From Microbotryum violaceum (lineage: Eukaryota): 64,000 nucleotides of DNA. Positions 10,302 to 24,205 of the stretch are shown in pieces. The stretch spans positions 372,001-436,000 of the forward strand of contig CDLV01000007.1 of NCBI GenBank assembly GCA_001244265.2, read 5' to 3'. Below the pieces are notes generated by a model. That model was not told the DNA's origin and searched no databases. It saw nothing but the letters and a program-made list of their open reading frames with translations. The number at the start of each line of letters is the position of its first letter. Within the stretch, counting starts at the first letter, position 1. A program made the translations under genes and the position numbers.

Positions 10302-12138
10302 CTATTCGACAACGTGGTACTTCTGGCTCCTCAACTTGATCCCGCCCGAAGCGACGGGCAAATCAAAGTACGAACTGCAAAAGTAGAGCGAGTGCAAGTG
10401 ATGAAAGGAAAGTCAGCGCCGCTCCGATCACTTCCCCGCTCCCCATCCCATCTGACGACAACTCACCTCGAACGATACCTCCTCAAATAAACGATCGCCA
10501 CGTCCTCCAACACGTCCGGTTCGATACCCAAATCCTTGAACCCCTTCAATCCTTCCTCGATCTGCACATCATCAATGAACCTTCTCGTCACTTCATCGGG
10601 GCTCAGCGTAGGCCACCAGACGAGATCCCACAGACGAGCGGCGAGCGCCAAGATGGGTTTGGGGAAGTTGGGGCCCGAGAGTTTTTGTAGAGTCAGGGCT
10701 TCGACGAGGTGCAAGAGTTGTTCAAAGGTGTAGGTTTGGGGGCCGGTGAAGGCGAACGTCGAGGACGCGGTCGAAGGGGCGGTCAGCATAATCGAGAGCG
10801 CTTGGGCAACGTCCATGACCTGGTGGAAGGTAGATCAGATTACGGGGTTGGTTCCTGTTTCAAACATGCTCGCTCGCTCGCACTCACATGAACAGGCGCG
10901 ATCCTCGTCTCTCCGTGGTTGACCCTGAACACACTCGGACTAACGGCGATCGTGTTGAGCAAGCGATCCTCGTGGCCGTACATCCATCCCGGTCGCACGA
11001 TCGTCGCCTCGGGGAACGCTTCCTTGACGGCCTGCTCGCCGTGGAACTTGGTGCGGTAGAATTGCGACGCCGAGTCGGGCGCGGCGTTGAGGTGCGAGAG
11101 GTGGATAAAGCGCGACACACCCGAAATGTGAGCGATGCGGGCCAAGCGGCGCGCACCCGAGACGTGCACATCGTCAAAGGAGAAGTTCCTGGGGGGTAGT
11201 GATGGATAAAAGCTGTATCAGTCCCGAATCCGCCCAGGTAGGTGCCCGCGCTGATGCAACACACTTAGTCGTGTAATCCCGCCCGACGAGGTTGTAGACC
11301 GTGTCCGAGTGTCGCAGGCATTCCTCGATCTGGGTGTCGTTCTTCAAATCCCATTCCTATACGCGGGAGGGGAATGTAATGATCATGTCAGCTGATTGCA
11401 CCTCCTGCGGAGGAATCGAGATCGGCGCGCGGGCGGCGGGGTGTGTGGTGGGTGGGAGACTTGCCATGGGGACGACCTGACCGAGATCACCGCAGACCTT
11501 CAGGTGGCGACTGCCCGATGAGATGGCGCCAAACATAAACTTCAATAAACATCGTGTACGACCCTCTCAAAATCCCAACGTACGCCTCATCCTGGTCACG
11601 GTACGGCACGACGACCTGCGTGCCCGCCTTGGCCAGCTTGGACACGAGGTAACGACCCAAGAAGCCGGTCGCTCCGAACACGGTTGCGACATGGCCCGTT
11701 GACGAGTGCCTAGATGTGGAAGGGGAAAGGTGGAGAGAGAAGGAGGAGGAGTCAGTCTCGACCCATTGGCGTCGGCCGGCGTCGCAGCTCCTGCCCGCTC
11801 TGCTCTGCCTCTCACTCACCTTCCTCCGGGCCCCTTGGGTGTGAAGACCTTCTTGGTCTGCGTCGCAGGGACGATGACACTGGAGGGGACCGAGCTGACC
11901 GAGCGCTGTAGGGAGGGAGAAAGGGCCAAGTGAGGGTCAAGTGAGGGTCAAGTGAGGGTCAGCCTCGTCGCCGGAGAGCACGACAGAGCGGCATCTCGCT
12001 CGGACTGACCGTCGACGCCGGTGTGGACCGAGCCAGTTGAGCTGCAGAGGAGACTGCGTCGGTGCAGAGTACAGAATCAGCGCCAGTGCATGACCCAAGC
12101 GTGGCGTGTGGTGGGTACTCACACACTCGCGAAGCCAT
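10302..12138 (-). CDS. NDUFA9: NADH:ubiquinone oxidoreductase 39-40 kDa subunit (NDUFA9)
   Basis: [55 protein letters not shown]; mitochondrial-type presequence [15 protein letters not shown]; multiple introns. Confidence 0.95.
11927..11961. repeat. 3x 11-bp tandem repeat (CAAGTGAGGGT) in an NDUFA9 intron
   Basis: Direct reading; on the coding strand it reiterates the branch-point-like (C/T)TGAC. Confidence 0.85.
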
Positions 12139-12641
12139 TGTCGATCCTTCGATGCGGGAAGCGGCAGAGCTGCAGAGCAAACGCTCGACAAGCGGCTCGG
12201 TTGGCCGCCGGGGTCGCGCCGAATCCACTGATAGGCTCTGGTCCGCCCAATTACAGCCGATTACGGTGACCCTAATCCCCAGCAAATGTGGTAGCCACAA
12301 ACATTGGATATCACGATGTCCATGCATAGTCAAAAGGAAAACCCGAAACAAAGACCAATCTATGATTGGGAAATGATCGCAACGCACTCGACTGCACAAG
12401 AAAACATGTACTGGGCCCCGCCCGGATTGGTTGCGCCGGCAGCACATCAAGATGGAAACCCTGCCGTTCGGAATAGACACCGATTGAGTTGACACAAAAG
12501 AGGCCAAAGACAGACAAGACAACAGTGCTGAGACCAGGATGAAAAGTCAAGTCCCCTTTGTTATTGTAAGCGTATACGCCGCCCCACCGCAAAACCTGAT
12601 CACCCAGTGCTTCCCCTCGGTCCCGCGTGGGCCCGTGCAAC

Positions 12642-14913
12642 TTATGATCGAGTCCCCGAGAAAGCCGCCACACCCGCCCCTAAAGGAGTTGTAGGCGTCT
12701 GCTTAGACGAAACACCCTTGGGTGGCGTCGACTGATACGGCAACACCGTCGCCCCTCGCTGCGGCGAACCGGGCGTCCCGTTCGTGAAGCCCAGATTTGT
12801 ATAGTCTCCGTTGCTCTGACCGAGCCCGGGCAACGTGATGTCCGGCGTCGCGGGTCCCGAGATCGAACCTTGTTGTTGGTGTGATCTTCTGTACGTCGCA
12901 GGATGCGCTCCGGGCGTGTACGAGACTTGCGAGCCGGCCGAACCCGACTCGGAAGATCGGTGCGTCTCAATTCGTGGCGCAGGGCGACTCCCCACTGCCT
13001 GGCTTGCCGGAATGATGCCGAAATTTTTAGCCGACACGTTGGACCCGGAATGAACGTGGGCTAGTGGGAAATTATTGGCCGCACCCGGTTGCCGCGGCTT
13101 GGGGTCGGGCTGGTTGTACAAGTACGTCGCGCCAACGACGATGCAAGTGCCGACGAGGAAGGCAGGTGTCACGCGGAAGTTGAACAAGATCATGCCCGCG
13201 ATGAATGAGAGAATGATGGCGAGCGAAGTCGCAAACCCCTTCATGATGTTGTCACTGCGAGCAGAATGATAAGACGAGGATTGATGAGCAAAGGAGTGCT
13301 AGGGGAAGCAGATCGGCGTCTTTCTCACTGCACGGACACCAGAACTCACCTGAACTTGATGACCAGAGCCGTCACAAGACCTCCAACGACCTGAATCAGA
13401 ACGACGGCCCAAGCCCACAGCCCAAAGTAGGCAAACAGTGGTCTTGATTCCGCGACGACCGGCGTCGTGACGGAGGAGCCCCCACCAAAGAGGGTAAAGT
13501 CGGGAAAGAAGACGGGGAGGAGCGCGGGGAGGAGGGAGAAGAAAGACAGTTGTACGTTGCGGACCCATAGGTCGACTTTGGATCCTTTGAGGACAAGCTC
13601 AAAGTAGACACCGGCCAACCCACTCGTCATGCAGGCCGCTCCGACGGCGACGAGCCCCTTGAACCGATCGAGTTGCGCATGCCCAGCCACTTCTCCCGAG
13701 CCTCCCTTAGCAGCCGTGGACTGGAGCTGTACGACACCGACTCCTGCGGCGAGGAAGAAGAGAGCGAGCCATTTCTTGGCCGACAAACGTTTTCGGAGCA
13801 GGATAACCGAGAAGAGAGCTGTCGTCAGGATTTTGAGGTTCTGTCATCATCAGAGTCGTGGGTTTTGATTAGATGAGTGCGGGTCCGTCAGCAGAATGAA
13901 ACTCGCTCGGCCAGACTCACGTAGGTGACCTGGAATGTCGGAACGTCCAAGTTACTCGCAGCAACGAACTGAAGCTGTGATGGATTAGAATATTGGGAGT
14001 AAGCTCCAGTGCGAGTGGGCTGGCCTTCCATGCGATTGCGCATACTCACGTTGTTCTGAATGACGTAAAGACATGCCGGGATCGAGAGCTTCCAGCAGTC
14101 GGATCTACATCACACCCAGGTGCAGTTCATCAATTTAGCCTCAAGAGAGACCTTAGTCGAGAAATAGCCATACCCAGGAACTACTCACGAGAAGATATCG
14201 CGCCCCGTCTGTTGCGCCGCGTTGAGGATCTTGGGACCCGTGCACAGTTCTTGCCAAGTCGGCGCGTGCTGCTGATGGAACTCCTTTGAAGCTGCAACGT
14301 CCGAGAAGCTGTATTCGTCGGTGGTGGCGACCGGCGCGTAGGCCCCGGCACGTGACGAGGGCAGCGGTTGAAAGCGCAAGGTGTTGTACAGCGCGATCGA
14401 GAAGGAGATGGACCCCTTGAGCAGTTCGTTGAGCAGGACCGCCTCGGCGGCCGAGTACATCCTATCCGCAGGGACGCGGATCCTTGACTGTGGGAAGATG
14501 TGCACATTTCCAGAATCGAAAGAGGTAGATCATGGATCGTGGAATGCGGAGTAGCGGATCGTCGAGATGAGCGCGGACCGTCGGGGTCAAACGGTCCGAG
14601 TTGGACAAGCCACGCGCCACGTTGTCGAGGTATCGCAGCGGAGCCCAATCGGCAACGCGAGGCCAGCGCAGTCGACAATGGCAAACGCGGTGATGTGAGA
14701 GCGATTGCACGCGCCGGTGCGGAAGAAGGAAGGAACGATTAAATGTCAGCAACACCAAACAAGACTTTGGACAAGACAGAGACAACTGACGTAGTGCAAT
14801 ACGATGGTCAAGGCCGAGTTTTGGCACGTCAAAGTCACGAGCGAGATGAGGCCCAGCGGCACGCCGAACAGACTCGCCGGCGCGATATCCTTGGAGGGGG
14901 GCGCGGCTGACAT
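12642..14913 (-). CDS. Nucleotide-sugar (UDP-galactose) transporter, SLC35A family
   Basis: ISLVTLTCQNSALTIVLHYSR, AVLLNELLKG, YVIQN.LQFVAASNL, SGLAGVYFELVLK, LWVRNVQLS, DNIMKGFATSLAI. Confidence 0.92.
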
Positions 14914-16144
14914 GGTGCGAGTGGGCCCAGCGGAGGACACGAGCGGTATTGGGCGAAAGTGGACCCGAGCTGGGAGTCTAAGACACGTTCTCCTCGAGCC
15001 AAATGTTGCAGCGTGCCCGGTTGTACTCGGTGTGTCTGTTTTGCGAGGGAGGCAGAGGCAGGGGTGGGTGCTCGCGCCGCGCCGACGGTCGACACGACGA
15101 GTCCAGACAGGTCCAGACGAGTCCCCGGAGGACGAACCAGTGCAGCCGAAGGGAGATTGGCGCGGGGCTGACCGGCCTCCACCGCCCTTCGCGTAGTATG
15201 TCTATGTCCTGCCGCGTGTTAAAAATCCCACGTATACGCATCGCAGCAGCCCGTGCGCTGAGACACTAATGGCACGCCTCAACACATCCTTACTACGCGT
15301 CCTTTCACTGCGGAGGCCACCGTTCAGGCTCGCAATTCAGGAATTCCAGGCTTCGGGGTCACTCGAAGCGGTGATCAAGGATTGGGTAGGTCGGAAATTT
15401 CATCAATGTTGTTTTGTAATCTGGTGGCTCGCCTTTGCTGCCTGAAATTGATGTCGGTTGTTACGCTCAAGTCCAAAATCAAGTCTTCTAACCCCCGACT
15501 AGTCCCGCCGGTCTGATCGGTTTTTCTTCCTATTCGTGGTTAAAGATAAAGGCCCGCCGGGCGACCGACCAAGCACCCTGCACGTCTTCTGCCATAAGAT
15601 TTGCCTAGGCTTCGATAGGCACACTGCAGAGTGAGCTGCTCGTGCCTATTGACACATGCCAGATTCGACGAGCCTTCTGTGATCGATCGAGCTCAAGCGA
15701 GGCGCCGTGCCTGGGCGGAAGCTCAAAGCCAATTCCTGGGGCGATCGTCCGATCACCCCCATTGCTCCCATGCAGGCACACAAGCCAGTTACCTAGGTAG
15801 ATATCGTGGATTCATCGACAATTACCTGCCAAAATGAATAAGCTGTAATTCGTAATCCGACGAGCTGTACGCCAAAAATACCCAAGAATACAAACAAGAC
15901 TCCGAAAGAAGTCGGAAAGATAAATCGCACTGTTCACGAAGGTCAAGGGGGTGATGACACGAAATAATGCCGGGGGTATATGGGAGTTACCGGGTTATTT
16001 GCGTAGATATTGTTCTTCTTCTCGAGCCTCATATCAAATTCCGGACCTCAGGTTCTTGCTGAGATCGCCCTACAGAGTGAACAGCGCGATTCGTATCAGC
16101 TTTTCTGTCCATAGCTTTCGCTCTGAAGTGACATCAACTCCGGA

Positions 16145-18251
16145 TTACTGACTCGAAATGCCCTCATCGTCGTAGCAACCATAGATGGATTCGGTCGTCG
16201 ATCGATACCGTTGGTCGTACGACGCGTTCTGTTGCGCCAGCGGCATGAATCCGTTCGGCTCCACGATCGTCGGGATCAACATCCGACTCGGTGCGACGAT
16301 CGAAGACGTGTTGAACGGCGGGGTGGTTTCACTCATCGCAGACAGGGAAGGACTCGGAAGACCCATTTCCGAGACCAAACGTTGCTCGGCAGCGGATCGT
16401 GCGTGGAGGTTGTTACCGGCCGCAGCAGGTTCGGTCGATGATGAGGAAGGATTGAGCGCTGGAGGCGCGTTCGCTCGCTTGAAAGAGTTGTTGCGAGTCG
16501 CGAGGGACGCAAAGGTCTCTTCGAGGTCTCGCAGGGGTTTCGAGTCGACTCGAGCACCGGACTCTTTCGGCTCTCGGCGCGTCGTTGGTGGAGGCCCGCG
16601 GGAAGTACCAAACGTGGACTTGGTCAGGACCGAACCGTTGCGCTGAGGAAGGTGAACATCATCTACGCAGTCAAGGTCAAACATTAGTAATCGAGCACGA
16701 ATAGTTTCGAACAGATGTGAGCATACCCCACTGCTCTTCAACAAACTCGTCCAGTTCACCGCCGTAGGCATCCGAGTAATCAACGACCGTCTCGGGTCGC
16801 GACTGGACAACCGTCGGCAGTGTTGAAGGCGCTGCAGCGGCCAACATCAACCGGTTCTCGAGGCGTTGATCGCCGACACGAGTCGAAATACGTTGAACAG
16901 CCTCGTCGGCAGAGTAGACGGAGAGGTTCGACGCCGAACCTGGGGGTCCGCCGCCACTTGCACGAGTACCCTCGTTCCATCGACCGAGGGCTTGCGGTAG
17001 TACGGGCATCGGCTTTTCGGGGTAGTCGGAGAAGCCAATGATGTGGTTCGCGGGCAAGGAGTGCATCGAAGTCGCACTCGACATATGTTCAGGTCCATGC
17101 GGTGCCATATCCGGTCGAGCCATCGCGTCATTGGCACCGTTAGGGCCGAGCACGAATTGGGCATCGGTCTGGCGCATGTCGAACTGCTGGTGCTGCCCCT
17201 GGTTCACGTCCCACGTCTCGTTAAATCGACCCCCAGATTGGCCCATCACCGGCTCCGTTGGAGCCCTCGGTTTAGTCGGCGAGTAATGAACTCCAGCGTG
17301 TTCATCCTGCACGTCGTGCCAATTGTGCTTTTCGTCCAAGAGGGCCTCGCTGCCTGTTGGGCTTCCCCTCGGTCGTCCCACCGCGGCGGCTGCAGCTCGA
17401 ACCGGTGTGCTCGGTGCCGAGCTGCTGTAACCTTCGTTGAGCTTCTTCCATGCCGCTGCTCCACTCCGTTTCTTCGCTCGTCGGCAGCAGAACCATGTCA
17501 ACAACGAGATGAGGATCAAGCCCGCCGCTCCTGCCCCAGCGATGATGGCGTAGAGTGTCGTGCCGTGGAGACCAGACTGAGCCGCGACAGAGGAGCTGTC
17601 GGCACCGGCGGCACCGGCGGCATTGGCGACGACTCCACCATTGGAAGCTGTGGACGTGGACGCGACTGCTGTATGGGTCGTGACAGCGGCAAGAGCAGGA
17701 GAGGTGGTCACACCAGCTGATGCCGGTGCTGCTGTCGCGGCGGCGGCCTTGCCCGCGGACATGGACGTGTACTGCACTCCCGAATAGATGGGTGTGTAAA
17801 CGCCGACGTTGGCAAAGCTGAAGCCATACGAAGAGAGGTCGACCGATGTATCGACTGTTCGATGAGGTGGTGTCAAAGCGGCTGTAAGGAAGAAGTAATC
17901 GGTCGCTATGCGTCAGGCGTCGGGTTCGGCTAGGGGAGGAACAGGGGCTTCTGGCTCAACTCACCAGGGTGACGATGGCTACGAGTATCGGCGACACCTG
18001 CCCTTCCAGGCGTTGTTGATACGGTCGCAGCAGTAGCTGAAGTTGCGATGGGGGGCGTCGAAGAGCGAATGTGGGTCAGTGCGACGTCATAGGTGGTTGA
18101 ACGAACCAAGTCGAGCGTGCACAAAGGGCTAGTTCGCAAGCCACGGCGCGGCGGGGTGCGTGCACGCCCGGGCGCCGACGCGCGAACGAGGATTGCGGAC
18201 GCGCAAACTCTCAACCACGAGCAACAGCTGGAGGGAGTAGAGACTGACCAT
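16145..18251 (-). CDS. Single-pass membrane protein with Ala/Ser/Thr-rich ectodomain and long disordered cytoplasmic tail
   Basis: TM segment LYAIIAGAGAAGLILISLLTWFCC followed by RRAKKR; exons 17882-16727 and 16662-16145 join in frame (EQW-DDVHLP). The 5' start is uncertain. Confidence 0.65.
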
Positions 18252-19276
18252 GATGCTTGGCCTTTTTGACGAGTTCAAATCGATGACTCGACCGGTCCAT
18301 GTCTGAGAAAGCGAAGCGACGCAAAAGCGGTGGCGAAAGCGGAAGTCGGGTGTTTGGGGGGTTCGAGCGCGATGCGTTGTCGTTCGTCGACCGTGAGATG
18401 ATGGGTGAACAGAAAGAAGTCTGCCTACACGCGAGTGCGACAAGGGATTGAGGCGTGGGAGCAGTCGTAATCGTCACGGAATAGGGTATGACGCGTCTCT
18501 ACCGGGTTGGTCGGTAAGATGTCGATGTATCGATGCTGTCGGGCTCGGTTGACGGCGCGGTTTGATGATCGCGTGCAACGGCGGCGGGTTCGAGCAAGGT
18601 ATGGCGGTGGCGGCGCGGGTGGCACTGACGGAAAGGGCACCAAGTCGAGGCGAGGGAGTGAAACAAGGTCCTGTCCGGCAAACGAGGCGGTTGAAGTGGT
18701 CGAAGAAGGCCAACAGTGGGTTGTGAGAGACAAGGCAGCGAGGGAGGTCACGCGGGTTTGCAGTGAGTTGCTAGCGGGTCAACAAAGCGCGGCCGCAGCC
18801 TAGCGGAGCCCGACTGGAGCGCACGCGCATCTCGGTGCACGCGTCTCGGGCTGGCCCCGCATTGGAAGCAAGAAATTCCGACTCCTACATTCTGGTCGGA
18901 TCATCGGGTTCTTGTGTTCGTAGGGCACAGGGGTTCACAATCCACCAATCATCCCACACCCGGCGCAGGTCAAGCTGCCAGGGGGAAGAGATTCAACTGC
19001 ATATCTGTTACATCTGGTAATCTCGAGCCTTCACAAATTTCAACGTTCACGGTTGCACTTGAGGTTTTTCGGCATTTACAACTTGAGGTGACCCAAGCGC
19101 GAAACGTTGCGCTTGGGGGTAGTACTGCAGACCCTCATCGACATCAATGGTGAACCTCGGTCTTCTCCTCATCAAGGTTGTCTCCCACCCCAAGACACGA
19201 AGGCCAATGTACACTCGTTACATTTCCACGTGGTATGGTCTTTGTGGATACAACATTCTAGTCCACCGCGCTATTC

Positions 19277-20365
19277 CTACCAGTAAACGTCCTCGGGTCG
19301 AACTTCATAGTCCCTGCCATTAAGTATGCCGTTCGGAAGTTTGATCGACTTGTGTTGTCGATCACGGGACATTGGTTTTCTCATGTCTAAAAAGAGTCGT
19401 GTGGAAAGCCAGGATCAGCACAGAAAATCAACGAGGTGTTCTTCGGACCGAGGACGGGGAGAAGGGAAAATTTACCGAACCCGTCCTCATCGGCTTGGCC
19501 TGGCCCTCCGCCGTAGTAATCCTTGACTCTACGGTACACGATATACCCTAGAGCCTCATACAATCCAATGGCGAGGTTGTTGGAGACCCGCACGAACAAG
19601 TCGACACTGCGCATGTCATCAGAGGTGATATCAGAGAAAACCGTCAGATCTTTTCCTCCTCTTCATACTCTTCAACCAGCCCACGCTGAAGATCCGTGTA
19701 GTGACCGTACAAGAATGCGTGTTGCTGATCCGAAACACGCTCAAGCAATTCCATCATCATCGACGCGAGTCCCAGTCGTCGATGCGCCGGTGAAACAGTG
19801 ATGGCCGACACGTGACCGCTGAGGCAACGAGGAAACCGCAAGGAGGACAGATTAGGAGATGTAAGCGGACGGATGCGATTGGCCAACAGAATGAGAGCAC
19901 ACGTCTGTTATGTCGCTCACTGCCATTCCTCTCCCCTTCCCTCCATCTTGCCCATCACTGCAGCACCATCAAGAACGAATCGCGGTCAGCTTCGCATAAG
20001 CTTGCCAGGGCTTTTGCCTCGCATCTTCCTCCCTCCTGCGTTGTATAGGAATAGGAAGTATCCACTCACCATAACCCATCAATCCACCGCCCTCACCACC
20101 TATCCTTCTCGACGCATCTCTCCTCCCTTTCCCCCCAGCCGATTCGACGACACTGCTCACGTTCAGATCACGTTCCAGCACTCATCAGCTCCTATCTGAG
20201 GCCCAAGCAGTCGGAATATCAACGAGATACTGACGTAAATAAATCAGGCCAAGAGCTAAGGTAATGCCCGTAGTACCCTACGCCATAAGTCTCGGTCCAG
20301 AGGTCCAGATTGATCGCGTTGAAGGCGAACTGGTCGCACGCTGAGAAGGGGCGCAGGAGGGACAT
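19277..20365 (-). CDS. NAT3: N-terminal acetyltransferase B catalytic subunit (NAA20/Nat3)
   Basis: MSLLRPFSACD..NLDLWTETY, GHVSAITVSPAHRRLGLAS, FVDLFVRVSN, YIVYRRVKDYY, EDGFDMRK. Confidence 0.95.
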
Positions 20366-20688
20366 GCTGGGCCGAACCAACACGGACACACAGGATGATC
20401 GGTGCTAGAGTGGGTGGCCTTCGTGAGATGGGCGTAGCGCGATGTGATGAGTCGAAGGGAAGCTCAAGAGAGCGCAAGAGAGTAGGGTCCGTTTCATCAA
20501 GCGCTGTCCCAGATGGGCGGGAACTTCCGCGAAGAGCAATCGCTGACGACCTTTGCTAGCATGGTAGAATCCCCGCAGAAATATCTAGGGAATCCATCGA
20601 ACCGCAGAGGCTACCTTTGACATTACTGACCCACGAGATTTATACCAAGGAACACAATAAAATCACACCCGCCGAACATAACGTTTTC

Positions 20689-22942
20689 TCAATCCTCCTC
20701 ACCAAGAGCCTTCCGTTCCTCCCTAACCAAACGAACCCTCCTCATACCCATCCAAACCGCCAACCCCAAAGCGAAACAAGACAACGCCGTCGTGACCTGG
20801 AACGCTTCGTGGAAGCAGGCCTGACCTAACGAACAGAGGGGTCCGGTGGCTTCCGGCAGTGCTTCGGCCGATGGGGCTCCGTGTTCGATCGTATGGGAAA
20901 AGATCGGGGCAGGGTGGGAATGGGAGTCGTAGATGGCGCCGAAGAGGAGATTGAGGATGTTACCTGATGAGGGAAAAAAAATTCAGGAAACAGCAGTGTC
21001 AGAATTGAGCGCGAGTGGAAGGCATTGACCAAAGATCGAGGGTGAAATTCCCAATAATCCAAGATTGGTCGAAAATGACGCCAGTCCGAACCAATCGATA
21101 CAAAGCACCGGTGTACTTCCCGCCATTGACCCATAAGCGAACCCCACCAACGCCGTCGGTCCCTCCAATCCCAAGAACCCATCCCGAGAACTCTTCGACC
21201 CGACCCAGAGATTCGCGAGCACGAAGGTCGCGGCGATGGGGATGGTGAACCATGTTCGGTCAATACGGTAATTGCGCGTCACATAGTCCGTTACAGGGAC
21301 GTAGCAGAGTCGTCCGAGACAGTTGGTGATGGAGAGCAATGCGACGAGACGGTGTTGAGCCTCCTTGAGAGGAACCGCGCTGGAAGCGAAGGAAGTTGAT
21401 GGAAGGGAAAAGAGGATGGTGCCGACATTATTGATATCTGTCGAACAGTGGAAAGCATGAGGAAAAGGAGCCAAAGAACGGAGAGCAAAAAACTATGCCG
21501 CATGGACTCACACATCAGACCACAACCGCATAAGACTCCCAGATACAAGAACAATGCCCAGAACTTGATCGAGCACAGCAACGCCTTCCCGCTCAAATTC
21601 GTCTCGGGCACCCGGATCGACGCAAGGGGCAGCTCACTCCTTGCCCTATCCACTTCGGTCCGATCAATAGTGAAGACGATATCGCGAGGTAGTAAGGTGA
21701 TCGAGCTCTCGTCCGGCGAGCCTGGTCTCAACTCCGGAACACTTAGACGCGACTCGCTTGCACCGAGGGCATCGGCCCCACTCAGAGTTTCGACGGCATC
21801 GATCGACGACGGTACTTCTGCGTAGTTGTGTACGAAGCTTCGAGGTTGAATGGCGAAGGAAGCGAGAAAGATGGATCCTCCTGTGCCAAAGGCCAATAGG
21901 CAGAGGAACGAAGAAGTGGCATCGATGCCGGGGATCAGGTGGGTGCCGATGTAGGAGGCGGCCAAGGTTGAATAGACGAACGCCGAGAGACCGAGGCAGG
22001 CAATGCAAATTGACAAAACCGTAGCACGCTGTGAAAAGATGAAAAAAGTTGACAGCGATTAACATGATGCTGCCAACCGATGATCGCTGCGGAAACGTAC
22101 GCGCTGATGCGAAAAAGCTTTTGCACAGCCATTCGTAAAGCCCGCATAACTGCTGGATGAGCCTGCGCCGACCAGGCCTTGACAGAGAACGAGCGGGATT
22201 AAACCGAACTGCAAGTACAAACCGTCGGCACCACTATCATAGAAAGCTTTGAGTGTAGTCTGCGAGGAGGCTGCAAGTGTCAGAACACGTGACTTCGGGT
22301 TACCCCGACCGCATGTGGCTACTCACATCCCAGGAACACTCCGACAGAGCCTAGCAAAAGTGTCAATCTTGGACCTCGAGCGTCGACGAGTAGTCCAGTG
22401 AACGGTCCCTGCAGCGCGAAAGCGAACGCGGGGAAGCAGCTCGGTTTACGTGATGAGCACTATGGCGAAGAGATATCGCTCACCACTTGGGGCTGAACAC
22501 CGTCGGCAAGTGGTGACGGAACTTGAGTACTTACGGCTAGGTAACCACCCGAGTTGGCGCTCATCATGATAGCGTTTGTCTGCTTTGAAGTGAGGTCCAG
22601 CTGCTGCGCAAGCTGCGGTGCACTGCGCAGACGAAGAAGTGCCGGAACAGGAGCAGCGCCACGAGCCACGAGCCACGAGCCACGAGCCACGAGCCACGAG
22701 CCACGAGCCACGAGCCACGAGCCACGAGCCACCGGGGTCGTCAGCTCAGCACTCAGAGGCAAACAGCACATAAAACCAGCCAAAATAGTATCCACAGTAT
22801 CTTCCGGAGTGAGAGGTACTGACTAGCTACTGCAGACATAGGGTGTGCCCGTGCTGAAGGCGGCGAGACACGCGGTACAATCAGCCTCCGATCCGGCCAA
22901 CGCAGCCGGCACCGGGCGGCGATCCCGATCAGGGCGGCACAT
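20689..22942 (-). CDS. MFS transporter, MCH1/nodulin-like family
   Basis: GTPYVCSSYAPQLAQQL, GPFTGLLVDARGPR, CLGLSAFVYS, FWALFLYLG..G.GLM-INNVGTI, WFGLASFSTNLG, FGAIYD. The start codon is uncertain. Confidence 0.85.
22658..22732. repeat. Perfect heptamer tandem repeat (GCCACGA) x~10.7 inside an MFS intron
   Basis: Direct reading; lies in the inferred intron from about 22822 to 22623. Confidence 0.95.
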
Positions 22943-23197
22943 CGCAAATTAGGCAGCCTGAGCGCCTGCAGCGCCTGGTCAGAACAGTCCGATAGACCCT
23001 CTACCAAATAAGAATCACGCTGGCTGGCTCACTGTCAACACTCTAAGCATGGACTGATAATTAAAGTACTGCATGCAAACTGTTACAAACAAACATGAAA
23101 ACTGAGGTAAGAATAGGCCGAGACGCAATCATGAGACCGAATACTTGTATAAGCTCCGATAAGGCGTTCACAGACACACCCACACCGTCTATGGTAA

Positions 23198-24205
23198 TTA
23201 AGTCCTGTCCCTCACTTCATTCCAGATGAGGACAAGATCGAGTACGACCTCGTCCCTCTTCTCCTCGGCGCGTTCCCTCTCGACCTCGGCTCGACGCAAT
23301 CGTTGGCCCGCCTCCCTCCGCTCCACCGAGAGCAACGCGAGCTTGTTTGTCGACTCGACCGAGATGGTGTGCAGTCGTAGCAGCTCGGAGCGAGTGACCG
23401 ACGCCGTCGAGGAGGAGGAAACGAGTGTCAACTTGCGCTTGAGAAGATGTTCCGAGTTGAGCGTGGCGTGATGAAGGTAGTAGAGCTGAATAGGCGAGTC
23501 GGGTCAGAAGTCAAAGCTCCACTACTCCTCAAAAAACTGACCCAAAGTTCTGGACCTACCTGTCTCTTGTACAACTCGGCCCTCTCTTCATTCCCGTGCT
23601 GGTTCGTTGTCTCAGATGACGGCGACGACGTGGACGAGTGTCTTCTGACTTGAGAAAGATCGAGGACGTCGACCATGGCCGGCAATGCTTCGATCCCTTT
23701 GACGCTTAGGTCCCCTTCGGCGTTCTCAATGAGCAATTGCGGAGGGCCCGTGACGTCCAGTCCTTCGTCTGCAGCTCGATCGAGGATGAGCTGGATCTCG
23801 GACGACCATCTCGACTGGAGGGTGATCTCCCTTCGCGCCTCGACCAGAACGGCTCTTGACCTTTGCTGGGCTGCAAGAGGCGGCGTGGCAGCTTTTCATC
23901 AGTTTATCTTTCAACATTGCCCATCTGAAACGGTTGACCGGTGACTGACCCATCTGTTCCTCCCTGATAGTGCGCTCCCTCACGTCTCGCAAGCCATTGA
24001 GCTGATGCACCAACTCGACCCTCCTCTGCGTGTTCGTCAGCATGTTCCTCAACAGCGTCGAGATGTATTGAGTCGTATGATCAATCTCGTCCTCGTACTT
24101 GATGAAGTCGTGCGCGAGGGAGAGGATTGTCGTCGTCATCGCCGTCACGGTGCCAGTCTGAGTCGCCGTCGTCCGTCCGCTCGGATCGCCGTCGCTGGTC
24201 GACAT
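23198..24205 (-). CDS. Hypothetical coiled-coil protein
   Basis: Helical, charged ORF segments (HDFIKYEDEIDHTTQYI..., LLSVERREAGQRLRRAEVERERAEEKRDEVVL) separated by intron-like gaps; no family recognised. Confidence 0.55.

Noticed and set aside
22446-22826. ORFs with ARGSWLV / PRATSHE repeats
   Set aside because: These are translations of an intronic 7-bp tandem repeat.
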